NCBI GenBank assembly: GCA_037127955.1
Contig: JBAXXI010000002.1
Span: 8,377 to 72,376, forward strand
Reading direction: 5' to 3'
Length of the DNA stretch: 64,000 nt
Source of the DNA: Candidatus Berkelbacteria bacterium
GTDB lineage: Bacteria > Patescibacteriota > UBA1384 > UBA12157
Shown piece after piece: positions 50,160 through 59,629 of this stretch. How positions within the stretch are numbered: the first letter of the stretch is position 1; every line of letters starts with the position of its first letter. The position numbers and the translations under genes are program-made. The notes below the pieces were generated by a model. It searched no databases. It was not told the origin of the DNA and saw only the letters and a program-made list of their open reading frames with translations.

Positions 50160-50849
50160 TTGGCAGACAAAAACTCACAACCAATTATCAGCACCCAAGA
50201 ATTTTTGAGTTTTGCTGAAATTCACGACGGAGTCGTCATTACTAAAACCGGAGAACTTCGGGTTCTATTAATGGCGTCATCGATCAATTTTTCCCTTAAA
50301 AGCGAACAGGAGCAAACAGCTATTGTTTATGCTTACCAAAATTTCTTAAACTCTCTGGCTTTTCCAATTCAAATTATGCTCCAATCTAGAAAACTAGATT
50401 TAACCAAATACATAGCTAAACTCAAAGAAATTAGTCGAGTTCAAACCAATGAACTTTTGCGCGGTCAAACCAATGACTACATCAATTACATCACCAGATT
50501 GATCGAAGTGGCCAATATTATGGATAAAAAGTTTTATGTGGTTGTCTCTTATATGCCACCGGTTTTAGACATAAAAAAAACTGGTCTATTTCCGTCGAAT
50601 AACGACACTTCGAAAATCAAAATGACCCCAGAAAGCTTTGAAAAATACCGTCAAGAATTATCGCAGCGCGTACAGGTAATTCAAAACGGATTAGGTTCAA
50701 TCGGAGTTCGTACTGCTCCACTTAATACTCAACAAGTTGTTGAACTTCTTTACGGTATATATAACCCTGAAGAAGCAGCTAAAGAAAAATTAATTAATTT
50801 TAATCATCTTAATTCAGATGTGATTGAGAGTGAAATAGAACAGCAATAA
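50160..50849 (+). CDS. VirB4 N-terminal-domain-like protein (229 aa), separate ORF
   Basis: FAEIHDGVVITKTGELRVLLMASSINFSLKSEQEQ… resembles the start of Gram-positive VirB4/PrgJ/TcpF proteins. TTG start after GGAGGGG. Assigned from memory. Confidence 0.45.
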   Translation: MADKNSQPIISTQEFLSFAEIHDGVVITKTGELRVLLMASSINFSLKSEQEQTAIVYAYQNFLNSLAFPIQIMLQSRKLDLTKYIAKLKEISRVQTNELLRGQTNDYINYITRLIEVANIMDKKFYVVVSYMPPVLDIKKTGLFPSNNDTSKIKMTPESFEKYRQELSQRVQVIQNGLGSIGVRTAPLNTQQVVELLYGIYNPEEAAKEKLINFNHLNSDVIESEIEQQ

Positions 50850-50889
50850 TTAGATTAAGGCTTGACGCGGAAATTTTCTGAGGAAAATT

Positions 50890-52935
50890 ATGAATAATCA
50901 AAATCAACAACCAAATATGCCAATGCAACCACCGAGACAGAATCCATTTTCTGGCGGTGCTGCTATTCCAATACAGGTAAACAAAACTCAACCTGTTAAT
51001 CAACCGATTCAAAATCCAAATTTAAGACAAAATCCTCAAGCGCCACAAGCTCAGCCACAGATGCAACCAAGGCCAGCTCAAATGCCGCCACAGGCCATGC
51101 CTCAAGTCAGACCAGTTCAAATCCCGAATACCAGACCGACTGTACCAACACAACCAGTCAAAAACATGATTCCAGTACTGAATCAACCAAATTTTCAACA
51201 GGGTCATAATTCACTTTTTGACTTGATTGCTCCCCCATCTTTTGAAAACAAACCGAACTATTTAAAAATCGGCAATATTTTTGTGCGCACTCTTTTTGTT
51301 TTTACTTACCCACGATACGTTATTACCAACTGGCTTTCGCCGATTATTAATTACGATATCACCATGGATATTTCCATGTTTATTCACCCAGTTGGGTCAA
51401 AAGAAACCATGGATCAACTTAAGAAAAAGGCCACTCAACTTGAATCATCGGAACAAATTGATCGCGAGAAAGGCTTAACCCGTGATCCAGAGAGAGAAAC
51501 TGCTATTTCAGATATTGAAAACCTACGCGACGTGCTTCAACGAGGTGAATTAAAACTGTTCCAGTACTCCTTATATTTTACAATTTATGCTCAAAGCGAG
51601 GCTGAACTCAACACCATTACTGAGCAGCTCGAATCGACTTTGGGCGGCATGTTAATTTATACTAAACAATCACTTTTACAGATGGAACAAGGCTTTAATT
51701 CCACGATTCCACTTGGTATCGATCAACTCAACGTTAAGCGAAATCTTGACACCGCTTCCCTCTCCACCACTTTTCCTTTTACTTCCTCAACTTTGTCGTC
51801 AAACGACGGTATTCTTTATGGTATCAATAGACACAATAATTCCTTAGTTTTATTTGACCGTTTTAATCTTGAAAATGCTAACTCAGTTGTTTTTGCCAAA
51901 TCAGGTTCAGGTAAATCTTACACGGTCAAACTTGAAGCGCTGCGTTCACTCATGCTTGGTACCGACGTCATTATTATTGACCCAGAAAATGAATATAAAG
52001 CTCTTTGCGATGCTGTCGGCGGTAATTATTTGGATATTTCTTTAAATTCCGATAAACGTATTAATCCGTTTGACTTACCAGTAGCCGGTATCGGTTTACA
52101 AGCTGGTGCTTCAGGAGACGACATTTTAAGAAGTAATATTACCATGCTCCATGGTTTAATTTCTTTAATGATGGGCAGAATCACTCAAGATGAATCCGCG
52201 CTTCTCGAAAAAGCTATTTATGAAACCTATAATCTTCGCGATATCACCAACGATATCAATACTCAAAAAAATGCCCCGCCACTTTTGGCCGATTTGCAGG
52301 CTATTTTAGCTAATATGACCGGCGCCGAAAGCTTAGTTAAACGTTTAACCAAATATACCGAAGGTACTTTTAAAGGTTTGTTTGACCAACCAACCAACTT
52401 TAATTTGGGTTCTGGCTTAACAGTGTTTAGTGTCCGGGATTTGGAAGATTCACTTCGCCCGATTGGTATGTACATGGTTTTAAATTACATTTGGCAAAGA
52501 ATTCGTTTTAATGTTAAAAAACGTATTATGATTATTGATGAAGCCTGGTGGATGATGCAATACGAAGATTCCGGTAAGTTCCTGTACGCCTTGGCCAAAC
52601 GTGGTCGTAAATATTTCTTAGGTTTAACTATTATTACTCAGGATGTTGAAGACTTTATTGATTCAAAATACGGTCGAGCCGTAGTCAACAACTCTTCGAT
52701 GCAAATTTTAATGAAGCAAAACCCAGCTTCAGTTGATAAAATCGCCACGGTTTTTGGTTTAACTGAAGGTGAAAAATTCATGTTACTTGAGTGCGAAGTG
52801 GGCGAAGGTTTATTTTTTGCCGGTCTCAACCACGTTGCCATTAAGGTTGTAGCCAGTTACACCGAAGACAGGATTATCACCACTAACCCACAAGAAATTC
52901 TTGATGCACAAAGCAAAAAAAGCTCTGATTTTTAG
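50890..52935 (+). CDS. virB4: VirB4/TrbE/PrgJ-family T4SS ATPase with P/Q-rich low-complexity N-terminus
   Basis: FAKSGSGKSY Walker A and IIDEAWWMM Walker B. …YPRYV…NWL…, DISMFIHP and FDRFNLENANSVV blocks. The first roughly 100 aa are Pro/Gln-rich. Confidence 0.85.
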   Translation: MNNQNQQPNMPMQPPRQNPFSGGAAIPIQVNKTQPVNQPIQNPNLRQNPQAPQAQPQMQPRPAQMPPQAMPQVRPVQIPNTRPTVPTQPVKNMIPVLNQPNFQQGHNSLFDLIAPPSFENKPNYLKIGNIFVRTLFVFTYPRYVITNWLSPIINYDITMDISMFIHPVGSKETMDQLKKKATQLESSEQIDREKGLTRDPERETAISDIENLRDVLQRGELKLFQYSLYFTIYAQSEAELNTITEQLESTLGGMLIYTKQSLLQMEQGFNSTIPLGIDQLNVKRNLDTASLSTTFPFTSSTLSSNDGILYGINRHNNSLVLFDRFNLENANSVVFAKSGSGKSYTVKLEALRSLMLGTDVIIIDPENEYKALCDAVGGNYLDISLNSDKRINPFDLPVAGIGLQAGASGDDILRSNITMLHGLISLMMGRITQDESALLEKAIYETYNLRDITNDINTQKNAPPLLADLQAILANMTGAESLVKRLTKYTEGTFKGLFDQPTNFNLGSGLTVFSVRDLEDSLRPIGMYMVLNYIWQRIRFNVKKRIMIIDEAWWMMQYEDSGKFLYALAKRGRKYFLGLTIITQDVEDFIDSKYGRAVVNNSSMQILMKQNPASVDKIATVFGLTEGEKFMLLECEVGEGLFFAGLNHVAIKVVASYTEDRIITTNPQEILDAQSKKSSDF

Positions 52936-52947
52936 ATTTATCAAAAA

Positions 52948-54147
52948 ATGAAACACATATACTTGAAACCAGAAAATAAAAAAGGTTTCGCGGTTGTTAT
53001 TGCAATTGTCATTGTAGTTATTTTGATAATTGTCTGTCTAATCGCTGCCGCTGCTTTTATTGGCGACCGTCAGGGAGCAAATGCTAATGGAGAGATGATC
53101 ACTAATAATTCTACTAATGGCAACAATGGGCAAACTACAAAATGTGCTAATATTAGCTTTGGTAGCAATTATTACCCTTGGATTAAAGATGCCTCTGCTA
53201 AATATTTAAATGGAGACGATGCCGCCTTAATAACCATGATAAACGCTGAATCAACATGGAACCCTAATGCTTCAAACCAAGGTCATGCAACTGGTTTAGG
53301 TCAATTTATGCCAAGAACAGCTAGAGGTTACCCAGAATTTGTTGGTGGTAACGATAAGCATGGTATCACTTGGCCAGCTGGAAATGTTTATGATATTTCA
53401 ACTGGTCATACTGACGATGCTCGATTCGATGCCAAAAGATCGATTTATGCTGCCGCGCATCTTCTTGGTGGGCAGATAGACCGATTTGGATCTTTAAAAG
53501 AAGCTTACGAGCAAGGTTATCACACTTACTGCAAAGAAAACACTGCTAAATGCCAACAACAAAAATCAGAGGCTCAAACGGCTAGTGCAAAAATCATCGA
53601 TAATTACAATATTCTAAAATCTGGCGGCAAATGTATTGATTCGTCTTCAAATATAGCCAATAGCACATCAAATGGTGCTTGCTTGCCAGTTGCTTTTATA
53701 CATGAAAACCACGGCGGATTTTGCGGTCGTGCTAGCCAAGCTCAAGTAGTTAATTATTTTAATCCGAATCAATATCCTTCTCCAACTTCTTCAGCTTTTC
53801 AAGAAAAAAATGGATTAAGCGCCAAGACAGTACATGATAAAAGTGGTAAACCATATATTGGTACAGGGCAATCAGCAAATATCGAAGCTGCCATCAACTC
53901 GATTCAAAAAGGTTTTCCGGTTATCGTTTATACTGATCTGGAAGGCGGACAACATATTTTTGTTCTAACCGGATATGATTCTGCCACTCAAACCTTTCGA
54001 GCAAACGACACTAACTCTGGAATTAGAGATAATTTTCAAACCACTTGTACATCAATTTTAGGCGGGCCAAGAGGAGTATTGCTAACAAAAGCAAATTTAT
54101 TAGCACATCTAGTACCTCAAGCAAACTATTTTATCCTAGTTCAATAA
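52948..54147 (+). CDS. VirB1-like cell-wall hydrolase: membrane anchor, lytic transglycosylase (SLT) domain, C-terminal papain-like (C39/CHAP-like) peptidase domain
   Basis: INAESTWNPNASN…ATGLGQFMP gives the SLT catalytic ES and GLxQ motifs. The C-terminus has Cys (…GFCGRASQAQ…) and His (GGQHIFVLTGYD) in a C39-like arrangement. Confidence 0.65.
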   Translation: MKHIYLKPENKKGFAVVIAIVIVVILIIVCLIAAAAFIGDRQGANANGEMITNNSTNGNNGQTTKCANISFGSNYYPWIKDASAKYLNGDDAALITMINAESTWNPNASNQGHATGLGQFMPRTARGYPEFVGGNDKHGITWPAGNVYDISTGHTDDARFDAKRSIYAAAHLLGGQIDRFGSLKEAYEQGYHTYCKENTAKCQQQKSEAQTASAKIIDNYNILKSGGKCIDSSSNIANSTSNGACLPVAFIHENHGGFCGRASQAQVVNYFNPNQYPSPTSSAFQEKNGLSAKTVHDKSGKPYIGTGQSANIEAAINSIQKGFPVIVYTDLEGGQHIFVLTGYDSATQTFRANDTNSGIRDNFQTTCTSILGGPRGVLLTKANLLAHLVPQANYFILVQ

Positions 54148-54177
54148 TTTTGATTAAAACAAGAGGGACAAAATAAA

Positions 54178-55215
54178 ATGAATAAAAAATTTATCTATAT
54201 AATTATCAGTATCGTTTTAGCCTTATTTATAGGAACTATTGCGCTAATTTTAATTACCACTAGTCCTGTCATAACACTTGGCAACCCCGCTAAAGATAGT
54301 ATTTTTATGCCTTTTATTGCGCCAAATAGCCGTACTATTTTTTACTATAACGGTGTCGATACAATCAAAAAATGGAACTTAACTAACAACCAAGTAGAAG
54401 ATTGGATTAAGTTTCCATTTACCTCTATCGACAACATTAATTACTCCCCTGATGGCAACCAGGCATTAATTTATTGGAGCAACCCACAAGGTAATAACAA
54501 TAATGAACGAACATGGCTTATTGATTTAAAAAATAAAAAAATCATTAAGGAAATTGGTCAAAACATCATAAATAATGCTTGGTCGCCAGATAGCAAAAGT
54601 ATTGTTTACCAGTTCTTTAGTCAAACCAATCACCAAAACGAATTAATAAAAGCCTTAGCAGACAATACTAATCAACAAGTTATTGCCAATCTTGACCTAA
54701 GTCTACCAATTGGTGAAGTTATAGATATTCTTTGGCCAAATAATCAAACTATTGTTTATTTTCCATTAAAAGAAGAAAAAACACCTGTAGACATTAAGTC
54801 GATCAATCTTAATGATCTCAAACAAAAAACTATTATCTCTCAAGTCTTACCGAATATAGCCAATATAATAACTGATCAAAATAAAATTATTATAAGTTTA
54901 TCTAATCAAGATGATGATATTGTCACTCTAAATATTTACGATCTAAACACTAATCAAACAAAAGCGATCGATAAAAATGATCTGTTTTTATCGAAAACCT
55001 CCCAAATCGCCAATACTAATATCTTTTATGCTGGTTGGCGCGGAGCAAAACAATCTACAGATAGTATTATCAGATTTGACACCGATGGAAAAATCGCAGT
55101 AATTAAGGCAAAATTACCAGACAAACTTGAAGTTTCCAACCTAATGTCTCCCGATAAGAAAACCTTATTTTTTCTTAACGGTAACCAACTTTATAAAATG
55201 ACAACCAACCTATGA
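54178..55215 (+). CDS. membrane-anchored PD40/TolB-like beta-propeller protein
   Basis: N-terminal TM, then repeated …YSPDGNQALIYWS… / …WSPDSKSIVYQF… blades. Confidence 0.5.
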   Translation: MNKKFIYIIISIVLALFIGTIALILITTSPVITLGNPAKDSIFMPFIAPNSRTIFYYNGVDTIKKWNLTNNQVEDWIKFPFTSIDNINYSPDGNQALIYWSNPQGNNNNERTWLIDLKNKKIIKEIGQNIINNAWSPDSKSIVYQFFSQTNHQNELIKALADNTNQQVIANLDLSLPIGEVIDILWPNNQTIVYFPLKEEKTPVDIKSINLNDLKQKTIISQVLPNIANIITDQNKIIISLSNQDDDIVTLNIYDLNTNQTKAIDKNDLFLSKTSQIANTNIFYAGWRGAKQSTDSIIRFDTDGKIAVIKAKLPDKLEVSNLMSPDKKTLFFLNGNQLYKMTTNL

Positions 55216-55222
55216 GGTCAAA

Positions 55223-55636
55223 ATGAAAAATAATTTTTTAAAAATTAGCTTAATTATTATCGGAATAATAACTGTGATTAGTATTGTTTTTATAGTTGTA
55301 AAAAATAATATAAAACAGGCACAAAACTCCCCTTCTAAACCAGTAACTCTAACTCAATTAGATCAATTCCCTGTCGAAAATGATAATTTTCGCATAACAT
55401 ACAATAACCAAAACAATACCTTGACCATCGTCCCTAAGATTCCTTTTGATACAACAGATTCACCAGAGTATTTTCTTTCAACCTATTGGAAAGACTATAC
55501 CAATCATGGCAAAGAAGCTCTTTCGTGGTTAAACACTCATAATGTTAATCAACAATTTAGAACTAATTATGGTATTGAAATTAACTGGTGGGCACAAGAA
55601 TGGTGGCCAAATGGCGTCACCGCACCAACGCTTTAA
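55223..55636 (+). CDS. small N-terminally anchored hypothetical protein (137 aa)
   Basis: Single N-terminal TM. Operonic with the upstream genes. Confidence 0.4.
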   Translation: MKNNFLKISLIIIGIITVISIVFIVVKNNIKQAQNSPSKPVTLTQLDQFPVENDNFRITYNNQNNTLTIVPKIPFDTTDSPEYFLSTYWKDYTNHGKEALSWLNTHNVNQQFRTNYGIEINWWAQEWWPNGVTAPTL

Positions 55637-55672
55637 CTAAAAAAGCAGTACATTTAAGTACTGCTTGCTGTA

Positions 55673-56611
55673 TTATTCTCCAGTATCATTTCCCCAATCT
55701 TCAGGAATGCACTCAAGACTGTTTTGTTTTTGATCGTAAGTAATTGAACAAGACCGAGTCGGATTGTCTTTACCGATCACATTATATAAATTATCAAAAT
55801 CGAAAAGTAAAGCTTCTGTTAGAGATAAATTCATATTCGTTTTGCCCGAACTTAAACGATCGCCAACCACCCCAGCTACTTCGATCTTGGGTTCAAACCA
55901 ATTAGCAATATTCTTTCGATACTTTTTATTAGTAAAATATTTTTTAGTTGCTGTGCCGCATTTTACTTTTTGTTCTGTTAAAAACTTGACTGGATCTCCA
56001 TCCTTTTTAACAATATCAATAATTTGCCAACCCATATGAATAAGTTTTGGCGCCGGATCAGAATAGGCTTTAGCTAAAATTTCCGGTGTTACCTTATAAC
56101 TTTTCTGATATTCCTGACTTAAATGAGGGTTAGGCCAACGAATTAATTTATAAGAAATCGTATCGCCATCTAACCATTCAGCCTCAGGAACATCATCGGT
56201 ACCTTTGACTGGCTTGGCGCAAAAACCAGCAATCCAATGAATATTTTTTTCGACTGGGTCAAAAATACCCAAAGTACCCGGGCCTCCATAATCATGCTTA
56301 TAGCTCTGATCAATCTCGTCATGGCAAGAAATAAAATCCATTAAAATTAAAAGTTTGCCTCCAGGTGACCAGCTGAAATAAACTGCCTGACCATTGTCAT
56401 CACTAAACCAAGTGATTCTTTCCCAAGTTGCGCCGGTGTCATAACTAATAAAAAGTTGCTGACCAGCTAACACTGTTCTAGCAATTTTTGCCATAACATG
56501 ATTCAGGGCTGGAGAGACAACCGCCTGATCAAGTTCAGAAATATTTTTATTTTCTTGGGCAAATGCCAAAAACGAAAATAAAAACACTAACCAAATTGTT
56601 AAGATACGCAT
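55673..56611 (-). CDS. secreted hypothetical protein (possible beta-propeller)
   Basis: Start set to MRILTIWLVFLFSFLAFAQ (signal peptide) with RBS AAGGGGA. The track ORF begins 20 codons earlier. Confidence 0.45.
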   Translation of the reverse strand: MRILTIWLVFLFSFLAFAQENKNISELDQAVVSPALNHVMAKIARTVLAGQQLFISYDTGATWERITWFSDDNGQAVYFSWSPGGKLLILMDFISCHDEIDQSYKHDYGGPGTLGIFDPVEKNIHWIAGFCAKPVKGTDDVPEAEWLDGDTISYKLIRWPNPHLSQEYQKSYKVTPEILAKAYSDPAPKLIHMGWQIIDIVKKDGDPVKFLTEQKVKCGTATKKYFTNKKYRKNIANWFEPKIEVAGVVGDRLSSGKTNMNLSLTEALLFDFDNLYNVIGKDNPTRSCSITYDQKQNSLECIPEDWGNDTGE

Positions 56612-56723
56612 GAATTTTCCCCTTTTTAAATAAGATGATTGTAGTTTACGCTTTTTCTCGAGAAAAGTCAAGGGATTATTTATAATTTTGCTAAGAAAAT
56701 GCTATGATAAATTAAGGAAGAAT

Positions 56724-59252
56724 ATGGCAGATAAAATTGATCCAAAGAAAATTGATGTCAAAACCACACCCAAAAAACCAGCCCCTGGTGGTTTTGATGT
56801 AACTCAAAATAAAGTCAGTGTTGAAGAAGTAAACAGTTCACAAGATAGTGTTATGGGTAGTACCGAAGAAACTCCAGAAATCCAAGAAATTCCTGTAAAT
56901 CAAGTAAATCAAGAGGTTCAACCAAATAATACTCAGGTCAAACAACAACCTGAAGCCCAACCTCAAACTGAATCTAAACCTCAAAATCAACCAGAAAAAG
57001 AAGAAGAACCGGCTCAGCAAGAAAATCCTGAGGAAGAGAACCCTGAAGAGGATGAAAAAGAAAAATCTGAGGACGAAAAAGAGGAAGAAGCTGAAGAAGA
57101 GGAACCTGAGGAGGAGGAAGAAAAAGAGGAAGAGCAGTCAGAACCAGAAGAAAACGAAGAAGAAAATCCAGAGAATGAAGAAAAGGAACCAGAAGAAGAA
57201 AGCCCCGAAACCGAAGAAAGTAATACACCAGAAAACGAAAATGCCGAAACTCCTGAAGCTGGCGAAACTAGCGCTTCACCAGAAGCTGCCGAAGGCGCAG
57301 AAGTAGCAGAGGGAGCCGAAACCGCCGAAGCAGCGGCAGCAGCCGAAGAAGCGGCCGTGGTTGCTGAGGAAGCCGTAGTAGCTGGCGAAGAAGTTGCGGC
57401 TGGCGCCGCCGGCGCCCCAATTTTACTGGTTGCTTTAGGTGTACTAGTCGTTATTTTATTGGTCATAATCGTCATTTTTGGCTTTATGGCTTGTCAGGCC
57501 TCTCAAGGTTATTTTGGTAAATCTACACCGATTCCTTCAGGTAAAGATTACGCCAACGTTAAAACTGTTTTAACAGCCGCAAACACCCAAACCAAAACCA
57601 GCACGGGCAAAAATATCAAAGGTTATAATCAATTAAATCTTAACAATAATGATAAAAAATTTATTGAGGACGGCTTAGCTGACAAACGCCTACTTGATGC
57701 TCTCAAATATCTATCTGATCGACACGCCTCTATTGGTATTAGTCATATTATCGACGGCTATCAAAATATGACGGTTAACCCAGAAGCCGGCGAATCCACT
57801 TCTCAAATTAATAGTAATATTTCGGCCCATAAAGAAGGTTTGGCCGCCGATATCGCCAGTGTTGATTTTGTTTACAAAGTTCTTGAGCCAAGCGAATATT
57901 GTCAAAATTTAGTCGCCTCAGCCTGCGGGCCGCTTGCTTTTGCCTGTAAACGTGCAGCCAAAGCCGCCAAGTGGGGCGATATTGTTTATTATCATGAAGA
58001 CGTAAAACAACCAAATTCAAATACCACTAATGTTGACGCAAACGGCAATCCTGTCACAAGTACCGACGGTTCAATCGATAATACTAATCTTGATCAAATC
58101 GGCACTAGTCTTGAAGAAATTAATGCTTCAAACACTGATATTTTAGCTCGATTAGAAGCTTTACAGAAAAAACTATCAGATCAAATTGCCAACTCAGGTC
58201 AAAATCAAGCAGCCCAACAGGATCAAATCCAACGACTTCAAAAAATTATTGACCAATATCGCATCACCATTACTAAACTAAACGATCTCAAAACCAAATT
58301 AGCCAAAATGGTCACTAGTATTCAAGATATGCAAACAAAACTTACTACTCTAAACACTAATTTAGGCACAGCTAGCAACGTCATGAGTAAACTCGGTGCC
58401 GGCAGTAGTACTCTAAACACACTTGGCGATATCACCAAGATTACCGGTCAAGTCAATCAAACCTTAAATATTACTAAAACTCAATTAAATAAATTGATCG
58501 GCGGTCTTAATCAAATCGTCATCACTTTTGTAAAACAATTAAGCATTGCGGAGGCCGCCACCAACTCAACTGATCTAGGTAATGCCATCGCGAACCTTGA
58601 AAGCAGTTCGTCTGACGCGAGCACCCTAGCGGGTTCAGACGCAATCAGCAATCTCGACACCGCCCTACCCGATCTAGATATTTTTAAAAATACTCTCGAT
58701 AGCGCGGCCATGGCTTTAGCCCAAAAAGAATTAGACAAACTAACTAATGAAGCTAAAGATGAAGCCGTGAGCAAGGTCAAAGATGAGTTAAATAAAGCTG
58801 TTGGCGAAAAGCTTGGTAGTGCTTTGGGCAGTCTTGGTCTGGGCGGCAGCGGCAATGAACTTTTACGCCAGAAATGTTTAGGAAATTTAACCTCTATCAC
58901 TCCTTCGAACACTAATTTCAATGGCACAGATTATGTCCAAGCCATCCCAATCAAACTTTCCTGGCAAGACAAAAAACCAGACGGCTTGATCGATCCGCGA
59001 GTTTATTATATGGTCTATCAACCAGAAGCCAGAGCCAAAGTTCACACTGTTATTAGCGAACTTCTTCAGTTTCCATATGACATGAATAACAAATTTTACT
59101 ATCGAATTGTTCAATTAATAACCTATAGCCAAGATCGCGATGTCGCCCCATTCTGGGATAAGCTCATTGATCTTTACGGTTTACCTCGGCCAGCCAATTT
59201 CGGACTTTTCTCCATGCCAGAAGCCTCGGATCAAATTCACGTCTCATACTAA
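56724..59252 (+). CDS. bitopic membrane protein with extreme Glu/Pro/Ala-rich N-terminal region and large coiled-coil ectodomain
   Basis: ATG at 56724 after AAGGAAG. Roughly 200 aa of E-rich low complexity, a TM (PILLVALGVLVVILLVIIVIFGF), then roughly 590 aa with helical heptads. Confidence 0.5.
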   Translation: MADKIDPKKIDVKTTPKKPAPGGFDVTQNKVSVEEVNSSQDSVMGSTEETPEIQEIPVNQVNQEVQPNNTQVKQQPEAQPQTESKPQNQPEKEEEPAQQENPEEENPEEDEKEKSEDEKEEEAEEEEPEEEEEKEEEQSEPEENEEENPENEEKEPEEESPETEESNTPENENAETPEAGETSASPEAAEGAEVAEGAETAEAAAAAEEAAVVAEEAVVAGEEVAAGAAGAPILLVALGVLVVILLVIIVIFGFMACQASQGYFGKSTPIPSGKDYANVKTVLTAANTQTKTSTGKNIKGYNQLNLNNNDKKFIEDGLADKRLLDALKYLSDRHASIGISHIIDGYQNMTVNPEAGESTSQINSNISAHKEGLAADIASVDFVYKVLEPSEYCQNLVASACGPLAFACKRAAKAAKWGDIVYYHEDVKQPNSNTTNVDANGNPVTSTDGSIDNTNLDQIGTSLEEINASNTDILARLEALQKKLSDQIANSGQNQAAQQDQIQRLQKIIDQYRITITKLNDLKTKLAKMVTSIQDMQTKLTTLNTNLGTASNVMSKLGAGSSTLNTLGDITKITGQVNQTLNITKTQLNKLIGGLNQIVITFVKQLSIAEAATNSTDLGNAIANLESSSSDASTLAGSDAISNLDTALPDLDIFKNTLDSAAMALAQKELDKLTNEAKDEAVSKVKDELNKAVGEKLGSALGSLGLGGSGNELLRQKCLGNLTSITPSNTNFNGTDYVQAIPIKLSWQDKKPDGLIDPRVYYMVYQPEARAKVHTVISELLQFPYDMNNKFYYRIVQLITYSQDRDVAPFWDKLIDLYGLPRPANFGLFSMPEASDQIHVSY

Positions 59253-59350
59253 ATAAAAAATCCCAGACATTTAGCCTGGGATTTTTTAGCTTGATACTCT
59301 ATTAAAAATAATGGATACTAATTTTAGGTTGATAAATTAAAGGATTACAA

Positions 59351-59629
59351 ATGGATATAATTAATAAATTTTTAGGCGGCAACTCCAAATATCAAAGGCT
59401 CGCCGGGCCGCTACGCGCCGCTCAAGTCTGCGACTCGGCCCGTTCGCTCGCCGATGGTCGTTTCGCGGTTCTGAGCTTTATAGACGGCTGCTTAACGGTC
59501 GGCGTCACCAGCTCCGCCGCCAGCGCCAACTTACAATTTGAACTACCTCAAATACAAAAAGAAATCAACGAAAAATTAAATTTCGAGTGGGTCAAAAAGA
59601 TCAGAATTAAAATTGTTTCAAGTTTTTAA
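59351..59629 (+). CDS. DUF721 (DciA-like) protein
   Basis: …LSFIDGCLTVGVTSSAASANLQFELPQIQKEINEKL… fits the DUF721 pattern (L.V.V.SSAWA.EL…LN) usually found near recF/dnaN. Confidence 0.55.
   Translation: MDIINKFLGGNSKYQRLAGPLRAAQVCDSARSLADGRFAVLSFIDGCLTVGVTSSAASANLQFELPQIQKEINEKLNFEWVKKIRIKIVSSF

Noticed and set aside
56838-57475. Several 60-150-aa ORFs on other frames or the opposite strand (K-rich, S-rich, L-rich)
   Set aside because: They are artefacts of the GAA/GAG-rich repeat coding the poly-Glu region of the 56724 gene; compositions are the mirror or shifted images of that repeat.
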